Of a stretch of 64,000 nucleotides of DNA, positions 1 through 12,416 are shown piece by piece. The stretch covers positions 23,435,899-23,499,898 of the forward strand of contig OZ316891.1 in NCBI GenBank assembly GCA_973895155.1, written 5' to 3'. Positions within the stretch are counted from its first letter, which is position 1, and every line of letters starts with the position of its first letter. The position numbers were made by a program, and so were the translations under genes. The notes beneath the pieces were generated by a model. That model did no database searches and was not told the origin of the DNA. It worked only from the letters and a program-made list of their open reading frames with translations. Source of the DNA: Marsupella aquatica. Taxonomy: Eukaryota > Plantae > Marchantiophyta.

Positions 1-773
1 GGGAGAAGGAACACACAACAAAAGCCCATCAAGTCAAATGTACAGATCCATATCTCTTGGGAAAAACGATACACATTGCATGAGTAACCCGGCCTCCTGC
101 CGTCTACTCAACTCCTGCCTCTCCGGACAATGAGTATGGCTCCCCCTCACTACTCTGAACACGCTTTCAAACTCCTCAGGCTCCACTCTATCCCTCCTTG
201 CTAACTTCACACTGAGTCCCCCTAACTACTTCGGGGCTATCCCCCTAAATACTGAAAAATCACACCAAAGCACCCCTCACAGGGTCACAACGGTGGCGGC
301 TACCCTAGCGGCGCCGCTAAAACCTTGCACTAAGAGAAATCCTTAAACTGAAGAGGAGCATGCGGCACACACATGCTGCTAAAACCCTAAACCCAAAACA
401 AGGGGGCCGACGGTGCCTTCGACGGCGCCCCAACAGTACACGTGAACCCTGAAAGTGAGAGGCACCCCAAAATGGCCGAAACTAGGTGCCCTTCCAAGTG
501 CACACCTGAGCTCACCCCTGGATAGCTCTTCTTTTCCTGCTTCCGAATCACTAAGTCGCTCCCTCAACGGACTTCAGACGCCTGAGTTATGGCCGTTTCC
601 GTACCGCAAAAACATAAGTTCTCCAGGCCATAACTTGCTCATCCTGGCTCCGTTTGAGGAGCGCCGCCTCTTGTTGGAATCAGCTCCGCGAGCTCATCCC
701 AACAAGCCCATGAGTGACCCCCCACTAAAATGTTGGAAATCTGGAGGCCGTACACCCACGTCCGTACGCCTAT

Positions 774-2630
774 CTAATCCTCCTCTTCTTCTTCGCTCTC
801 GGTGCCCGGACTTGTGCCCCGTGAGTGGTCCTCCTCCTCATCACTCACGGGAGTGAGTGCCACCGTACTTTTCTTCTTCTTCGACGGAGTACTCTTAGTG
901 CTGCTGCTCCCGCGCTTCCTCAAAGCAGCCAAGGCCTGCCACGCCTTGATGTACCCCTCACCAATTGTGTCCTTCCAGAGGGTAGCCTCTTCTCCGGACC
1001 GCAACTCCAACGGTAGAACTTGCCCCGTGGCCATGGGAGTCCCGGGGGTGACAGACCTGGGTGGCATCCCCGTACTGACCTGAGCCTCCCGTAACGATTT
1101 CCGTACCTCCCGGAGCTTCTTCTCCAAGCTCTTACTCTTCTCCTGACTCTTCTTGGCTCCATCCAACAAGGGTCCATACTTCCCACTAACCTCCTTCACC
1201 ACCATCTCGATAGCTTGGGAGATCACATCCGGGGAAAGTGTGGAGCCAGGTGTGCCGGGACTCTTCCGTTTCCCTAGACTCAGGGCCTCACTTCTCTTCG
1301 CTCGTGTCTCAAAGGCTGCCACCTGACTCCGTAGTGCTCCCACCTGGTTCCTCCACTCCATCACTTCTCCAGAATTTTGCTTCTCTTTGGCCAATGCTTG
1401 CCTCAACGCTCCTACTTCTTCTGCTTCCTTGGCCTTGGTGGACAAAGCTCCCTTCAAGTTGGTGATCTCTACGTGAGCTGCATTGATGTGCCTGACCTTC
1501 TCATGAATGGTCTGCTCCTTGGTCTTGATCACCTCCTTCAGTGACAGGATGCTCTGCTCTAACATCTCTACTTTGACTGTGGCGTGCTTGAGAGACTCCC
1601 TCAATGCGTGGACTAGCTTGAGTCCCTCGTGGACTCCCTCTCTGAAATCCCGTAGCTCTGCCAAGTAAACATCCGGAATGTTGTATTCCAGAGGCTGTTT
1701 CGGATCTCCCACGAGTGATTCAAGCCACTCCAATGTGCAATCATCCTCCTGGTTCTCTTCTTCTCTATTATCCTCCCCACCAGCAGACAATGATTCCTCC
1801 GTGAGCTTCCCTAAAACGGTAGTGGCAATACTCCGGATCTCCGTGGTGAGAGATGATCCCGTGTCTTCATGCCCCGGAGAACCAATCAACCCTTCTGCCC
1901 TGGCCAATACAAATGACCCCATCAAATGTACAGCCCCACCTGGTTTCACACTCCCGGGCTCAGCGGCCAATAGCTTCTTCAATCCGTAGCACCACCATCC
2001 GTACACATGGGCTGGGTAGTTCTTGATGTCCATAGCTACCACGAAATGCTCCTCATTCAGCACTCCGGATTGCACGTTGCCAAGAACCCGTTGATGCACC
2101 TTGGCCAGGAAGCCCTTATACTCAACATCCTTGACAGCAGAAAGAGGGATGGCGGTGGTGGAGGTAGGATTGGTCACCCAAGTGGCCACCATTTTCAACG
2201 TGAGTTCTCCCCTGATATTCCGAGGTGTGAATGAGAATTTCTGATTCTCAAGAAACAATAGCTTAGCCAACTCCACATGGGGCACTACACGTTTGAGACA
2301 TTCAAAGTAGATTCCCTCCGTTCGGAACTCCATCCCGGCCTCAATGTCCCAGCTCTTCCCTGAAGGGATGGTAATCTCCACCTTCATGAATTCTGTAAGC
2401 CCGGTGGCTTGGAAAATGTTCCGACAATCCTCCATCACCTTGGTGGAGGTCTTGGGATAAATTCGACGAAAAATCTTCCTACCCACCGGTGAGGAACCCG
2501 CTGCCAATCCCGTGCTCATCATAACTTCTCTCTCTTCCCTTTCCCGTGTAATCCGAGTCTCCACGTAGTCACGGTAAGCAGCCTTGTATCTCCGAATGCG
2601 TGACGCACTAAACTCTGGTTGATCTAGCAT
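774..2630 (-). CDS. Retrotransposon accessory protein: plant-transposon-type N-terminal domain (FQATGLTEFMKV...), long coiled coil, basic/acidic tail
   Basis: Uninterrupted 618-aa ORF with a heptad-rich C-terminal half. Architecture parallels the ORFs at 8201, 41195 and 57384. Confidence 0.6.
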   Translation of the reverse strand: MLDQPEFSASRIRRYKAAYRDYVETRITREREEREVMMSTGLAAGSSPVGRKIFRRIYPKTSTKVMEDCRNIFQATGLTEFMKVEITIPSGKSWDIEAGMEFRTEGIYFECLKRVVPHVELAKLLFLENQKFSFTPRNIRGELTLKMVATWVTNPTSTTAIPLSAVKDVEYKGFLAKVHQRVLGNVQSGVLNEEHFVVAMDIKNYPAHVYGWWCYGLKKLLAAEPGSVKPGGAVHLMGSFVLARAEGLIGSPGHEDTGSSLTTEIRSIATTVLGKLTEESLSAGGEDNREEENQEDDCTLEWLESLVGDPKQPLEYNIPDVYLAELRDFREGVHEGLKLVHALRESLKHATVKVEMLEQSILSLKEVIKTKEQTIHEKVRHINAAHVEITNLKGALSTKAKEAEEVGALRQALAKEKQNSGEVMEWRNQVGALRSQVAAFETRAKRSEALSLGKRKSPGTPGSTLSPDVISQAIEMVVKEVSGKYGPLLDGAKKSQEKSKSLEKKLREVRKSLREAQVSTGMPPRSVTPGTPMATGQVLPLELRSGEEATLWKDTIGEGYIKAWQALAALRKRGSSSTKSTPSKKKKSTVALTPVSDEEEDHSRGTSPGTESEEEEED

Positions 2631-3049
2631 CCATGCATCCCGAAATCAATTTCTCAATCACCAATCCCGTCACCCGTGGCAATGTCAATTCCCTGGCCCG
2701 AAACAGCCCCCGTAGCCCGATCACTTAAATTCTCTCAATTTCCCGTCACTACTCCGTGCGGCCGCCACTAATGCCTGGAAGAATGACGCCAGCAAGCCCC
2801 ACTAATCCACCATGAAAGAGAGAGCTTCAAAAATAATTAGAATCTGGAGAGAGCTTCCGGCAAGAGAGAGAAGAACCCCGTTTTTGCTTTCGGCAATGAG
2901 AGGGTCGTGCAAAAGGAAGAGGGAAAGAAAAAGGAAGGAAAAAAAAATAGAACCGAAAAAACTCTTGGCGCCTTCGCCATGCGCCCCGGCCCATTTCTCG
3001 GGCCTTACCCTTGCGTCCTCCTGCGCGCGGCCCTATGCAGGGCGCGCGG

Positions 3050-3380
3050 CCATTCCTCCCGGCTCGTGGGAGGCCCTTCAACTCCCCCCCGCTCGCGTGA
3101 TCCTCCCAGCTCGCGGGAGGCCCTTTAACTCCCCCCCGCTCGCGTGATCCTCCCAGCTCGCGGGAGGCCCTTTAACTCCCCCCCGCTCGCGTGATCCTCC
3201 CAGCTCGCGGGAGGCCCTTTAACTCCCCCCCCCCCGCTCGCTTGCGCTCCTTCAGCTCGCGGAGCCTCATTAATTGCCCGGGCACGCAGCCCTATGGGCT
3301 CGCGAGGCAGCCCCTTCAGCTCGCGGAGCCCCATTAATCGCCCGGGCACGCAGCCCTATGGGCTCGCGAGGCAGCCCCTC
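3050..3380. repeat. GC-rich tandem repeats (~47-bp unit x~4, then ~64-bp unit x2)
   Basis: GCTCGCGTGATCCTCCCAGC recurs at 3091, 3138 and 3185. Confidence 0.9.
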
Positions 3381-3480
3381 TTTCTCTCGGACGGCCACTA
3401 ATGGGACTCGCCCTCCTGAGGAGGGATTTATTTAAAAAAAAACCCCCCCCTCTCCTGACTTTGCAATGGGGGTCTCAACA

Positions 3481-3741
3481 ATAGCTCTTGAAGCAAAATG
3501 GTAAGTCCTATGGGGCTGGTCCTGGCTAGTTTCAAGGTCCCAAAATATTTGCCCACTTAGGTCGCCGCAAATCTTAGAACTATTATGAGAGAAAGAATAT
3601 AAAGTCACCTGGGGCATCATCAACCTATAATGACGGAATTAACTAAAAATTAAAAAATGGCTTATTTACATTGACTATTAACAAGGTATCGGCCTTTGCA
3701 ACCAGTTATGTGTGACTTCCCGTGACGGGGTACCCGTCACA
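3481..3741 (-). mobile_element. 5' end of an LTR (TGTGACGGG...) inserted into the MULE transposase
   Basis: Transposase homology stops at ...KRFEH, exactly where the minus strand reads TGTGACG. This is the same terminus as the units at 17232-19701 and 40298-44285. Confidence 0.65.
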
Positions 3742-5065
3742 TGCTCGAATCTCTTACTTGGGACAATGTGCTTCTGCATTCTCTGTACTGATTGGGCCCA
3801 GTGAAATGCATCAGACCTCTCTCTATGGGAATTTACCTTTCCATCCCAAAATTCATTGCGGATCGCATTCCACCCAGCAGCAACATTATCAGCCATAAAT
3901 CCACAAAATTGCACATTCTTCAGCCCATGTTCTTCACATACCCTCCTCATGACCTTCCATGCAGTTTGCAATGACTTGCTGTCTTCTGAAACTAGCTCAC
4001 AGACAAAGATTATGCATAAGCCTCGATAGAAATGGTCATATACGTGTGCAAACATAGTGCACCATCTATTGTCAAGTATGCGGTGCATGACATCAGACAT
4101 CACCCAAGAATGCTCAAGATCCCCTCCTGGCTGCATTCTTCGAACAAGGTCCACTCCTGACCTGGGACCTTCTGTACTCATTTTAAAAATGTGCGGCCGC
4201 TCATTTGTTCCCACGTTTTGGGCTGGGAACAAAACACTTTGGATAAAAGGAAATGCAGTCTGCTTCCGCATCTCTAGTATCATGCTTACATCAGACAACA
4301 CATGAGAGTATCTCTTGATGCTCCTGATCATCGAGCGGAAAACAGATTCGTCGCCCAGAATGGCCAACATTTCATCAAGGTCGTTTGCCTCCTCAATGGT
4401 GACCATCTCAGCCACTGGGTCCTCAAAAATATCTTTAAGTTTTTGTACTGCTTCGACCTTGATCACAGACGGCCGTGCAGTAGGACTCCTCTTCAGTTCC
4501 TCCTCCATGAGATTACGCACAAGTGATCGTTGATCTTTGTTGTGCGTGAACATTGCGGGATGGGTGTGATTTCCAACATGCATGGCAACACGAGACTTGT
4601 GACAGTAATTAAGGTCATCCTTGGTTGGAGTGATGTAGTACATCTCACTTGGGCATCCAGCTATACACCTAGGAGGCCTCCTGCAGAAGCTACAAATTAC
4701 ACTTGATGGGGGAATGTCGCATCCAACAGGGAAAGGCAGCTCATTTGTGCCTGCTCGATCTCGGGTCCACTTTGCAGAATTGTGCTCTTTACGCTCTTCA
4801 AAATTCTCCAATCCCTATGCATACAACGCAGAGAACCCAAACACTTCACAGTTTGGATCTTGTAAGAGTGACTGTTGTTGTTTAGCTTTGGGCCGATATT
4901 TGCTCCTGTCTCAATCAACCTCCTCCACATGTAACAATCATTCTTTCGCTCCATGCCCAAAAAGAAACACCCCTTCGAGTATGGACCTGTAAAAGGTGGC
5001 AACTCAAAAACATGGTCTCCATCATACACTTCTGGTAATCGTTGAACTCTCTCCGGCAATTTTGT

Positions 5066-5392
5066 GGGTATGGCATGCATGACAGTAAACAGGAAACAGG
5101 TTTACTAGTACCAGCAAAAATTTTCCTGTTACCAGTAAAACGTTACTCTTACCAGGAAAAATAACCATGTCAAATTTTTTTCTAAAAAGTCAATTTCCCC
5201 AAAAAATTAAATTACAACATTTTTTGGCTAGCTTTGGGCGCTAGCATTACAAGCGCCGGGCGCTAGCAAAAAAAATAAAAAATTCAAAAAAAAATTCAAA
5301 AAAAAAATTCAAAAAAAAATTACCACTCATTTTCCTGTTACCAGTTTCTGTTTGCTGTTACTTTTTGCTGTTACTGTTTGCTGTAAATACCC
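5066..5392. mobile_element. Mutator-like MITE, family GGGTA...TACCC (327 bp)
   Basis: 9-bp TSD CAATTTTGT at 5057-5065 and 5393-5401. Homologous to 35608-35897. Confidence 0.92.
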
Positions 5393-5529
5393 CAATTTTG
5401 TGCTCAAAATCTTACGAGCAGCTTGTACACATCGAGAGGTCCCTTTCCCGTGTAGCATGGCATGAACAACACTGACAAGGAACTCATCCTTCCATACTGA
5501 ATTGCCTTCTCGAAGACCCTCTCTGAGAA

Positions 5530-6190
5530 GGAATGCCTTTGATCGAGGTGTCTCCTTTGGTGGAGTATAAGCAGCTCCTCGATCCTCCCAAAATTGGGAT
5601 GATGTAGACTCGGGTGTATTCATCCGAGAAGGTTCACCATCTTGAAGACCCCCTCTGAGATTGAATGCACTTGATCGAGATTTCTCTTTCACTGGTGTAT
5701 CACCATCTCCAAGATCCTCCCACATTTGGAATGAATTGGACCCAGCTGTACTTGTCCGAGGAGGTTCACCATCTCAAAGACCCCCTCTGACATTAAATGC
5801 ACTTGATCGAGGTTTCTCTTTCACTGGTGTATCACCATCTCCAAGATCCTCCCACATTTGGAATGAATTGGACCCAGGTGTACTTGTCCAAGGAGGTTCA
5901 CCATCTCGAAGACCCCCTCTGAGATTGAATGCACTTGATCGACGTTTCTCCTTCACTGGTGTATCCACATCTCCAACATCTTCCCACATATGGAATGAAT
6001 TTGACCGAGGTGTACTCAATCGAGAAGGTTCACCATGTCGAAGACCCCCTCTGAGATTGATTGCGCTGGGTCGAGGTGTCTCCTTCACTGGCTCATCTGC
6101 CTCTCCAACATCCTGCCACACTGGCGACGAATTTGAGTGGGGTCTACCAACTCGGTGAATGTCCTCCCAAAATTGGGACGATTTCTGACA
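5530..6190 (-). repeat. 132-bp (44-aa) coding tandem repeat, ~5 copies, in the transposase N-terminus
   Basis: TT(G/A)AATGCACTTGATCGA at 5661, 5793 and 5925. Peptide unit MWEDLGDGDTPVKEKPRSSAFNLRGGL... Confidence 0.9.
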
Positions 6191-6997
6191 CGGTGTATTG
6201 TTCCATAATTCACCCGGTTCATCAATCTGTGGGGAGTGCGCAAAATCTCCAAGACCCTCACTAACATTGCATGAACTTGCTTTCTTTTTGCAGATAGTAT
6301 AGGACACGCCACATTTTAGATACCACTCTCGCTCATCTCCGTCGCCTTTGGATTCAGCAGAAGTGGACAGCCCATCTTCTCTCTCCTCGTAAATCATGAA
6401 ATCCCCTACCTTCAAACCAAATCGGCTTGCTACTTCATGCTCCTTAGTGACTCGAACACTGTCTCCCTCAATCTGACGAAAAACAACAACATCCCCGGTT
6501 ACTGATCGGATTATCACAAGAGAAGCCATGTGTCCCAAATCCACACTGGGAATGTTAGTCCCCAGGCCTTCGGCTTTATACATCAAACGTTAAAGTCTTG
6601 GTACCACTTTATGCCAATAATACCACACTTTCAGGCTTAGAACTTGGGCGGTACATCAGACGTTAAAGTACCCGTACTTTACGCCAAGAATACCGTTCCA
6701 GACAACGTGCGTACCATATAACGATCATAGAATCTGGAGCGTACATATAACAATTGTACCACAAAGAAGGTACCTATTTGCTAGCGGCCGCCAAGAAGGT
6801 ACAGATTCTGCACATGTATAAGGTACATATTTGCCAGCAGCCGCCAAGAAGGTACATGCAAACTCTAGGGATGTAGTATATTCTCCAAGATTCCATCCGG
6901 CCTTGCCTAAAACATTTCTTCTTCTTCCGTCGTGTGGCTTATAATCCCCTTTGCAAATATGCCTGACTTGAAGGATGAATAAATAGCCTTCTGACTT

Positions 6998-7635
6998 CCT
7001 ACTCGGCGAGGGTGTCTGACATGCGATCGCGCTATCTGGCGAGCCTCTTTGTGGTGGATTAGGGACTTCCTTGGTTGCTGAGTGTCATTTACTTTTCATC
7101 CCGAGTCATTCTTGGCGGGGGTCTCCAAGATTCTAAGATGGATTCTCATAGACTTTTACCTAGAATCCTACTCGGCGAGGGTGTCTGACATGCGGTCGCG
7201 CTATCTGGCGAGCCTCGTTGTGGTGGATTAGGGACTTCCTTGGTCGTTGAGTGTCATTTACTTTTCATCCCAAGTCATTCTCGGCGGGGGTCTCCAAGAT
7301 TCTGAGATGGATTCTCATAGACTTTTATCTAGAATCCTACTCGGCGAGGGTCTCTGACATGCGGTCGCGCTATCTGGCGAGCCTCTCTGTGGTGGATTAG
7401 GGACTTCCTTGGTCGCTGAGTGTCATTTACTTTTCATCCCAAGTCATTCTTGGCGGGGGTCTCCGAGATTCTAAGATGGATTCTCATAGACTTTTATCTA
7501 GAATCCTACTCGGTGAGGGTCTCTGACATGCGGTCGCGCTATCTGGCGAGCCTCTCTGTGGTGGATTAGGGACTTCCTCGGTCGCTGAGTGTCATTTACT
7601 TTTACCTAGAATCCTACTCGGCGAGGGTCTTTGAC
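6998..7635. repeat. 169-bp tandem repeat (~3.7 copies), each unit with several CTCGGCGAG/CCGAGAT palindrome variants
   Basis: CCTACTCGG(C/T)GAGGG at 6998, 7167, 7336, 7505 and 7613; the unit starting at 7505 is internally deleted. Confidence 0.92.
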
Positions 7636-8200
7636 ATTTAGTTTCCTATGACATGGGTAACGTGTCACTTAATGGAACCCAGGTCGTAGATTAGGCCTTA
7701 TACGGGCATTAGGACCGTAGCCATAGCATAGAATAGCACGTGTAGCCGTCTATTGCCATTATGAATAGATTAGGAGTAGGTTAAAATGACCGAATAATTA
7801 CGAGTTCAGGAAGAGGATTATTACGCACGACCGAGGTACGGTGGTGGCAGCGGAGTAAAAATCAGTTAGAAGAATCACGCTTGGACCAAGGCGCCGACTT
7901 TAGCTTGTTATCAATGACCAAAACGGCCTGGCCTTCTCACGCTCGGGCTCATCCTGGCACCTCCATAAGAGAGGAGCCGATGGTGCTGTGGGCCATTTGC
8001 TCATGTCTACCCTTTTTTGAATTCGCAGACGTTGCCACCCACTCGCCCTGCTGATCGAATCGAGTTGACCTTTACAAGGAGATTATTGAGGGAGAAGAGC
8101 GGAATGTGGTGAGATTTAGTCAGGATGAGCGAGGCCTCCACGAGAAAGAGGACCAGCCGGGTGGGAACGCGGACTCAACAAACCGGACTACGAGGTTAGT

Positions 8201-10516
8201 ATGACCCTCATAGCCTTGGGATTTTGGACCTTGTTTTGCGAGGTAGGTGCTAAGTTCTCCAAAACTTACTGGTACTCTTGTCCCGAGAAAGCCGCTTACG
8301 AACAAAGATACGCAAAGCTGGTGACCAAGGTAGCACTGGTTAATTGCGAAAGGACAGCCATCACCAGGGATTCTAGCTACAACGAGTTGCGAGACTACAT
8401 CACCGAACTATATCTTAGCGAGGAAGGGCTTAGATCGGTAGCTGAGGCGATTCTTGAGGTTCCAGCGAAGTTCTTTAAGCTGAAGGGCAGCCAGCGGCTT
8501 ACTCAAGCGGAGTTCGACAAGATACCAGGGTACCTAGACCAGCAGATCGCAGCCGAAAAGCGCCAAGAAGACATCAGCAAACAATGGGAAGCGGCGCGTA
8601 ATCTTACGTTCCTCGGGTAAAGCTCCAACGCCTTCAACTGGGATATGGCTACCCCGATACCACCAGTGCCTCAGCCGATGACCACCCGCGTACCGCCGAA
8701 CCGGTCCCAAGTCCATCCAGTAATCAACACAAAGTGTTCTTCGGGTTCCGAGCAAGCTAGTCTGCAACTCCAACAGCATCCTCGTAAGCGGCCAAGGACT
8801 ACGACGGCCCCCGAATCAATAACGCGGACCAACGCCGCGCCTGCACCTGCCCCGGTAAACCCCCCGACCAACCAGACCCGACGGCCCCCGGATAACCCGA
8901 AGTCCAACTTATTATAGGTAATCCGCGTCCCCGAAGTAGTCTGGATTGCAATCAAGAAACTCAAACATGCGAACTATCTAAAGGAGCATCAGTTGGAGCA
9001 GTTTGCTCACTTGCTTTGGAGGCCGTGCGCCGCCGGGCCAAAGGAGATTTGTGAGTTCATCTCCAATTTCGACACTGACGCGTCGACCACCAAGGTTTTG
9101 GGGCAGGCCTTATCACTCACGGAGCATTGGTTAACGCAAATCTTCTGCCTACCAACCGGGCCAGTGCCGGTGGAAATCCAAATTCGGGATAAGGAGTATA
9201 CGCCGTGGCACTTCAAACCCGAGGGTAAGACGGACAACGGATACAAGCAGGGGGCGTGCACCAACTTAACCTGTATGGAGCGGCTTAACTTCATATGGAC
9301 TACCCTACACATGATTGAGCCACGATCCGAGATTTCCCTCTGCACGATCGTGCTGGTGGAATAGTACAAACGACAAAACTGGGCCCAATTCTTCTATCAA
9401 AGATTCTCGGGGGAGCTGAAGCGGGCTCAGGGTGGTATGGCTATTGGGGGGAAGACTTACTTAGGAAGTCATATCGCCATTATCCTCGCCTGGTACAAGG
9501 CACGGCGGGAGGCCAGAGGAAAGAATATGGCCACCTCAGCCCTGGCTAAAGTCACCCCCGCCCCGGAGGAGGCAACCCCGAGCATGCGGACTACCGTCCC
9601 TCGGGCAAACCCCAAGCCGGAAGCCCCGACTAATACTCCGCCACCTCCTCCTGTGGAAATTCTGCCGCCCCCTTCCGTTGAGCCTCCACTACCCGCAGTA
9701 CAACCACCCCCAATCCCTCCACCACCTGAAGATATCTTCCCCTCCCCAGCGCTGACTACAGAGGAGATCATTGCTCCACCCGAGGACCCACCGATACCCA
9801 AGAGGATGGAGGACTACCAAGTAGCCCCGGGGACCATGGCCTATGACCTGGTCCAGAAGTTTAGCCAGACTATGTCTGGGGAGCTGGCAACATACATCGG
9901 ACAACAAGTCTCGGCGTACTTTCAACCAACCTTCTTCATGTTAGAGCACCAACCATGGATCGTAAGCCGCTTGGAAGAAGAACTCATGGCGAAGGGGAAT
10001 GAGATCGGGCGCCTCCAGATGCTGGTAGAGCACCTCGAGGAGGAGGCAACAACCCACCGCAAGGAGTTAGTCCACACCGTCGAACAAAGGGACGGACTAA
10101 CCCATGAGTTAAGCGGAGCGCAGGCCGAACTCAAGAAGCTGGACGACACCGTGCTTCAATTACGCTCAGAATCTTTGGCTCGGGTTACCAGCCTGACCGA
10201 CCTCAACAAACAATTCCTGCAGGCAGCACAGCAGGTGGCTAGTCTCTCCGTCGAACGAGATAAATTGCTAGCGCAGGACCAGATCCATCGCAACTCCATT
10301 GACCAGCTCAATCTGGAGGTAGCACGGCTCCAGACCGAAGCCGATGAAGCTGCAAATGAGGCGGAGGAGGCGGTACGGGACAACAAGGCCTTGCAGGACC
10401 GTATTACCCTGCTCGTCCTCCAGCAGGGAAAACCTGGGCCCACCTCTGATCAAGGCGGCTCAAGGTCTCGTCCCGACAAGGGGACCAGCCCTGGTCCAAC
10501 CACTGCACACACGTAA
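8201..10516 (+). pseudogene. LTR-embedded accessory gene (plant-transposon-type domain + Pro-rich linker + coiled coil); one frame with 3 premature stops
   Basis: ORFs 8201, 8645, 8993 and 9437 are all in the same frame. Homologous to 41195-43819 (HMIEPRSEIS vs HMMEPRGEIS; IGGKTYLGSHIAIILAWY vs IGGKAYFASHIEIILEWY). Confidence 0.85.
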
Positions 10517-11231
10517 GGGGTGGTTAGCAAAGGGTGGAAGTAGGCGCCGCGCGAGGCAGTTAAGTCAGCGGCATCTTTTGGTTAGGCGTAACGACAGCAT
10601 GACTGTCATTAGGTGCCGATTAGCGGCAGTAAGAAGAATTAGGGCCAGATCAGTTAGGATAAGCCAACATAGGATGGAGTCCATCAACGGACTAGAATTT
10701 GTCAATAGGCTTGGCCGCTGCCATCCTGGTCGGCACCTTATCGTCGACGGTCAACCAGTCAGTGCGGCGCGGCCAGTAGTCAATAGGTAGTATCCCGGAA
10801 GGCAGTATCCTCCGGCTCTCCTCCGCGATTGTAGTATTTAGGCTTCCCCTTCCGCTATGGTCAGGGGAGAAGGCTTAGTTATCTCAGCAGAAGAAAGGTG
10901 AGGCACGGGGAGTCCCGGCCTGAGCAGGGTCAGAGCGCACCAAGGAGTGAGAGCCAGAGTCAAGCTTGCTGGGCAAGTGCGAGGCAGGGCCTCGTAGAGA
11001 CTGGGCATCAACTGCCGTTGGGCCTGCTGACCCCCTTTGAAGTCGAGTCAACCATGTAAACTGATGCTTCGCTGAGTAAATGTAGTCTTTTCCCCCTAAT
11101 GTTTCCGCAAGTAACTGGTGTTGTGTGTATGCTTTGTCTGGGTAAAGGCGCCATTTTAAGGGACGTACCGGGTGTGAACTAATGGTAGGGATTGCCACTC
11201 ATTGTATGTCACAAGGTCCTATCGTGTCGAT

Positions 11232-11311
11232 GGCTTGAAAGGCCCCAAGCCGGGAGTTAGTCCGAGTCACTAACTAAGGGAATATTCCAGCGGTGGAAAA
11301 CAAATATACCT
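11232..11311 (+). other. Conserved multi-hairpin RNA motif in LTR unit A
   Basis: Stems GGCTT/AAGCC, AGTTAGT/ACTAACT and TTCCA-GCGG-TGGAA; they covary with the copies at 17538 and 40454. Confidence 0.65.
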
Positions 11312-11489
11312 ATGACTAGTATGAATTACGCAGGTGTTATACCAGTAAGTCTATCAACTTAGCCCGACTTAGGACTAATAGAGGTCACTACACACCTCCT
11401 TGCCCGAACCCTCACCCTTACTGGTGGTCGAGGTCGCACCATGACACTAAACTGGATTTAAGGCCCAGGTTAGTGGCGCAACATTTCCA

Positions 11490-12310
11490 CCCTAAATTAT
11501 TCTCGGTGGGGGTCTCAGAGATGGACTCGGGTCATTTGGGCAACAGTATTTGTACTCGGCAAGCCTCTCTGAGATGGTAGATTTGTACGGACACGCGATC
11601 CATACAAAATTACATTGTAAAAACATTGAAAAGTACTGTACGGTCAGTTTTTGCATGCACTTTTGGGTTCATCCTAGTATTTTGGCGAGGGTCTGACATC
11701 GAATGTGGGATAGAACCAATTTGGGTCCTTCATTTGAAACGGAACACCCTTAATTTCATCTCGGAGAGGGTCTCTGAGAGACATAGTGTATGTTGTAGCT
11801 AACCCTTTGAAATTGTTAACAGGGTCCACAAGTGGTGTCATCTGGCCAAAGTACGCCCACGACTCCATCTCAGAGAGGGTCTCCGAGAGGCTGGGTCTCA
11901 TTTGGCAACCTTTCTGACCCAATATGCGATCTGGGAGAACTGCTCTCTGGCCACTTGGGGCACACGGCTCCATCTCAGAGAGGGTCTCCGAGCGATTGGG
12001 TTGCAATCTCACTTCCCTTTCCACCCAAGACGCGATTGACAATTTTTGTTGTCTGGCCGTTCGGGCCACACCACTCCATCTCAGAGAGGGTCTCTGACAT
12101 CGGATGTTGGATAGAACCATTTTGGGTCCTTCCTTTGAAACGGAATACCCTTAATTTCATCTCGGAGAGGGTCTCTGAGAGACACAGTGTATGTTGTAGC
12201 TAACCCTTTGAAACTGTTAACAGGGTCCACAAGTGGTGTCATCTGGTCCACAAGTGGTGTCATCTGGCCCACGACTCCATCTCAGAGAGGGTCTCCGAGA
12301 GGCTGGCGAC
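11490..12310. repeat. Continuation of the MULE palindrome-rich region, with a ~200-bp block duplicated ~400 bp apart
   Basis: Repeated ATCTC(A/G)GAGAGGGTCTC(C/T)GAG; 11690-11890 resembles 12090-12300. Confidence 0.85.
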
Positions 12311-12388
12311 CTTTTTGACCCAAGAAGCGTACTTTTCTACCGTGAAGTTTGCTAGAGTGTTGGACTTTTTTCTACTTCTCATATTTTA

Positions 12389-12416
12389 CCCTAAACCCTA
12401 AACCCTAAACCCTAAA
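12389..12416. repeat. Four CCCTAAA plant telomere-type repeats (telo-box-like) upstream of the ParB gene
   Basis: CCCTAAACCCTAAACCCTAAACCCTAAA. Confidence 0.85.

Larger units (their letters stand above)
1..3480 (-). mobile_element. LTR-retrotransposon-derived segment (LTR-like 5' end TGTTGAGACCCCC at 3480, runs off the left edge) containing a 618-aa ORF
   Basis: The minus strand begins TGTTG at 3480, followed by GC-rich tandem repeats, a pyrimidine-rich leader and a long ORF. The other end and the TSD are outside the window. Confidence 0.45.
3742..6586 (-). pseudogene. MULE-type DDE transposase with GCM/WRKY-like Zn domain, disrupted by a stop at 5774, a MITE, a frameshift near 4815 and an LTR insertion at 3741
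   Basis: Motifs CLGSLRC...CSFC..PRC...C...SRVAMHVGNHTHP, WVMSDVMHR, GFMADN and AFHWAQS. Removing the MITE and one TSD copy restores KILSTKLPERVQRLPEVYDGDHVFELP. Confidence 0.8.
7647..11483 (+). mobile_element. Giant solo-LTR-like unit A (3837 bp) carrying a gene
   Basis: TSD TTTCC at 7642-7646 and 11484-11488. Ends TATGAC (TG mutated to TA) ...GCAACA. The 3' end aligns with the 3' end of 40298-44285 (TGCCCGAACCCTCA, TTAAGGCC). Confidence 0.85.

Noticed and set aside
11232-11311. Hammerhead ribozyme / retrozyme
   Set aside because: No CTGANGA...GAAA core in the conserved motif.
12389-12416. Chromosome end or telomere healing site
   Set aside because: Only four units, internal to an element, with no evident break.
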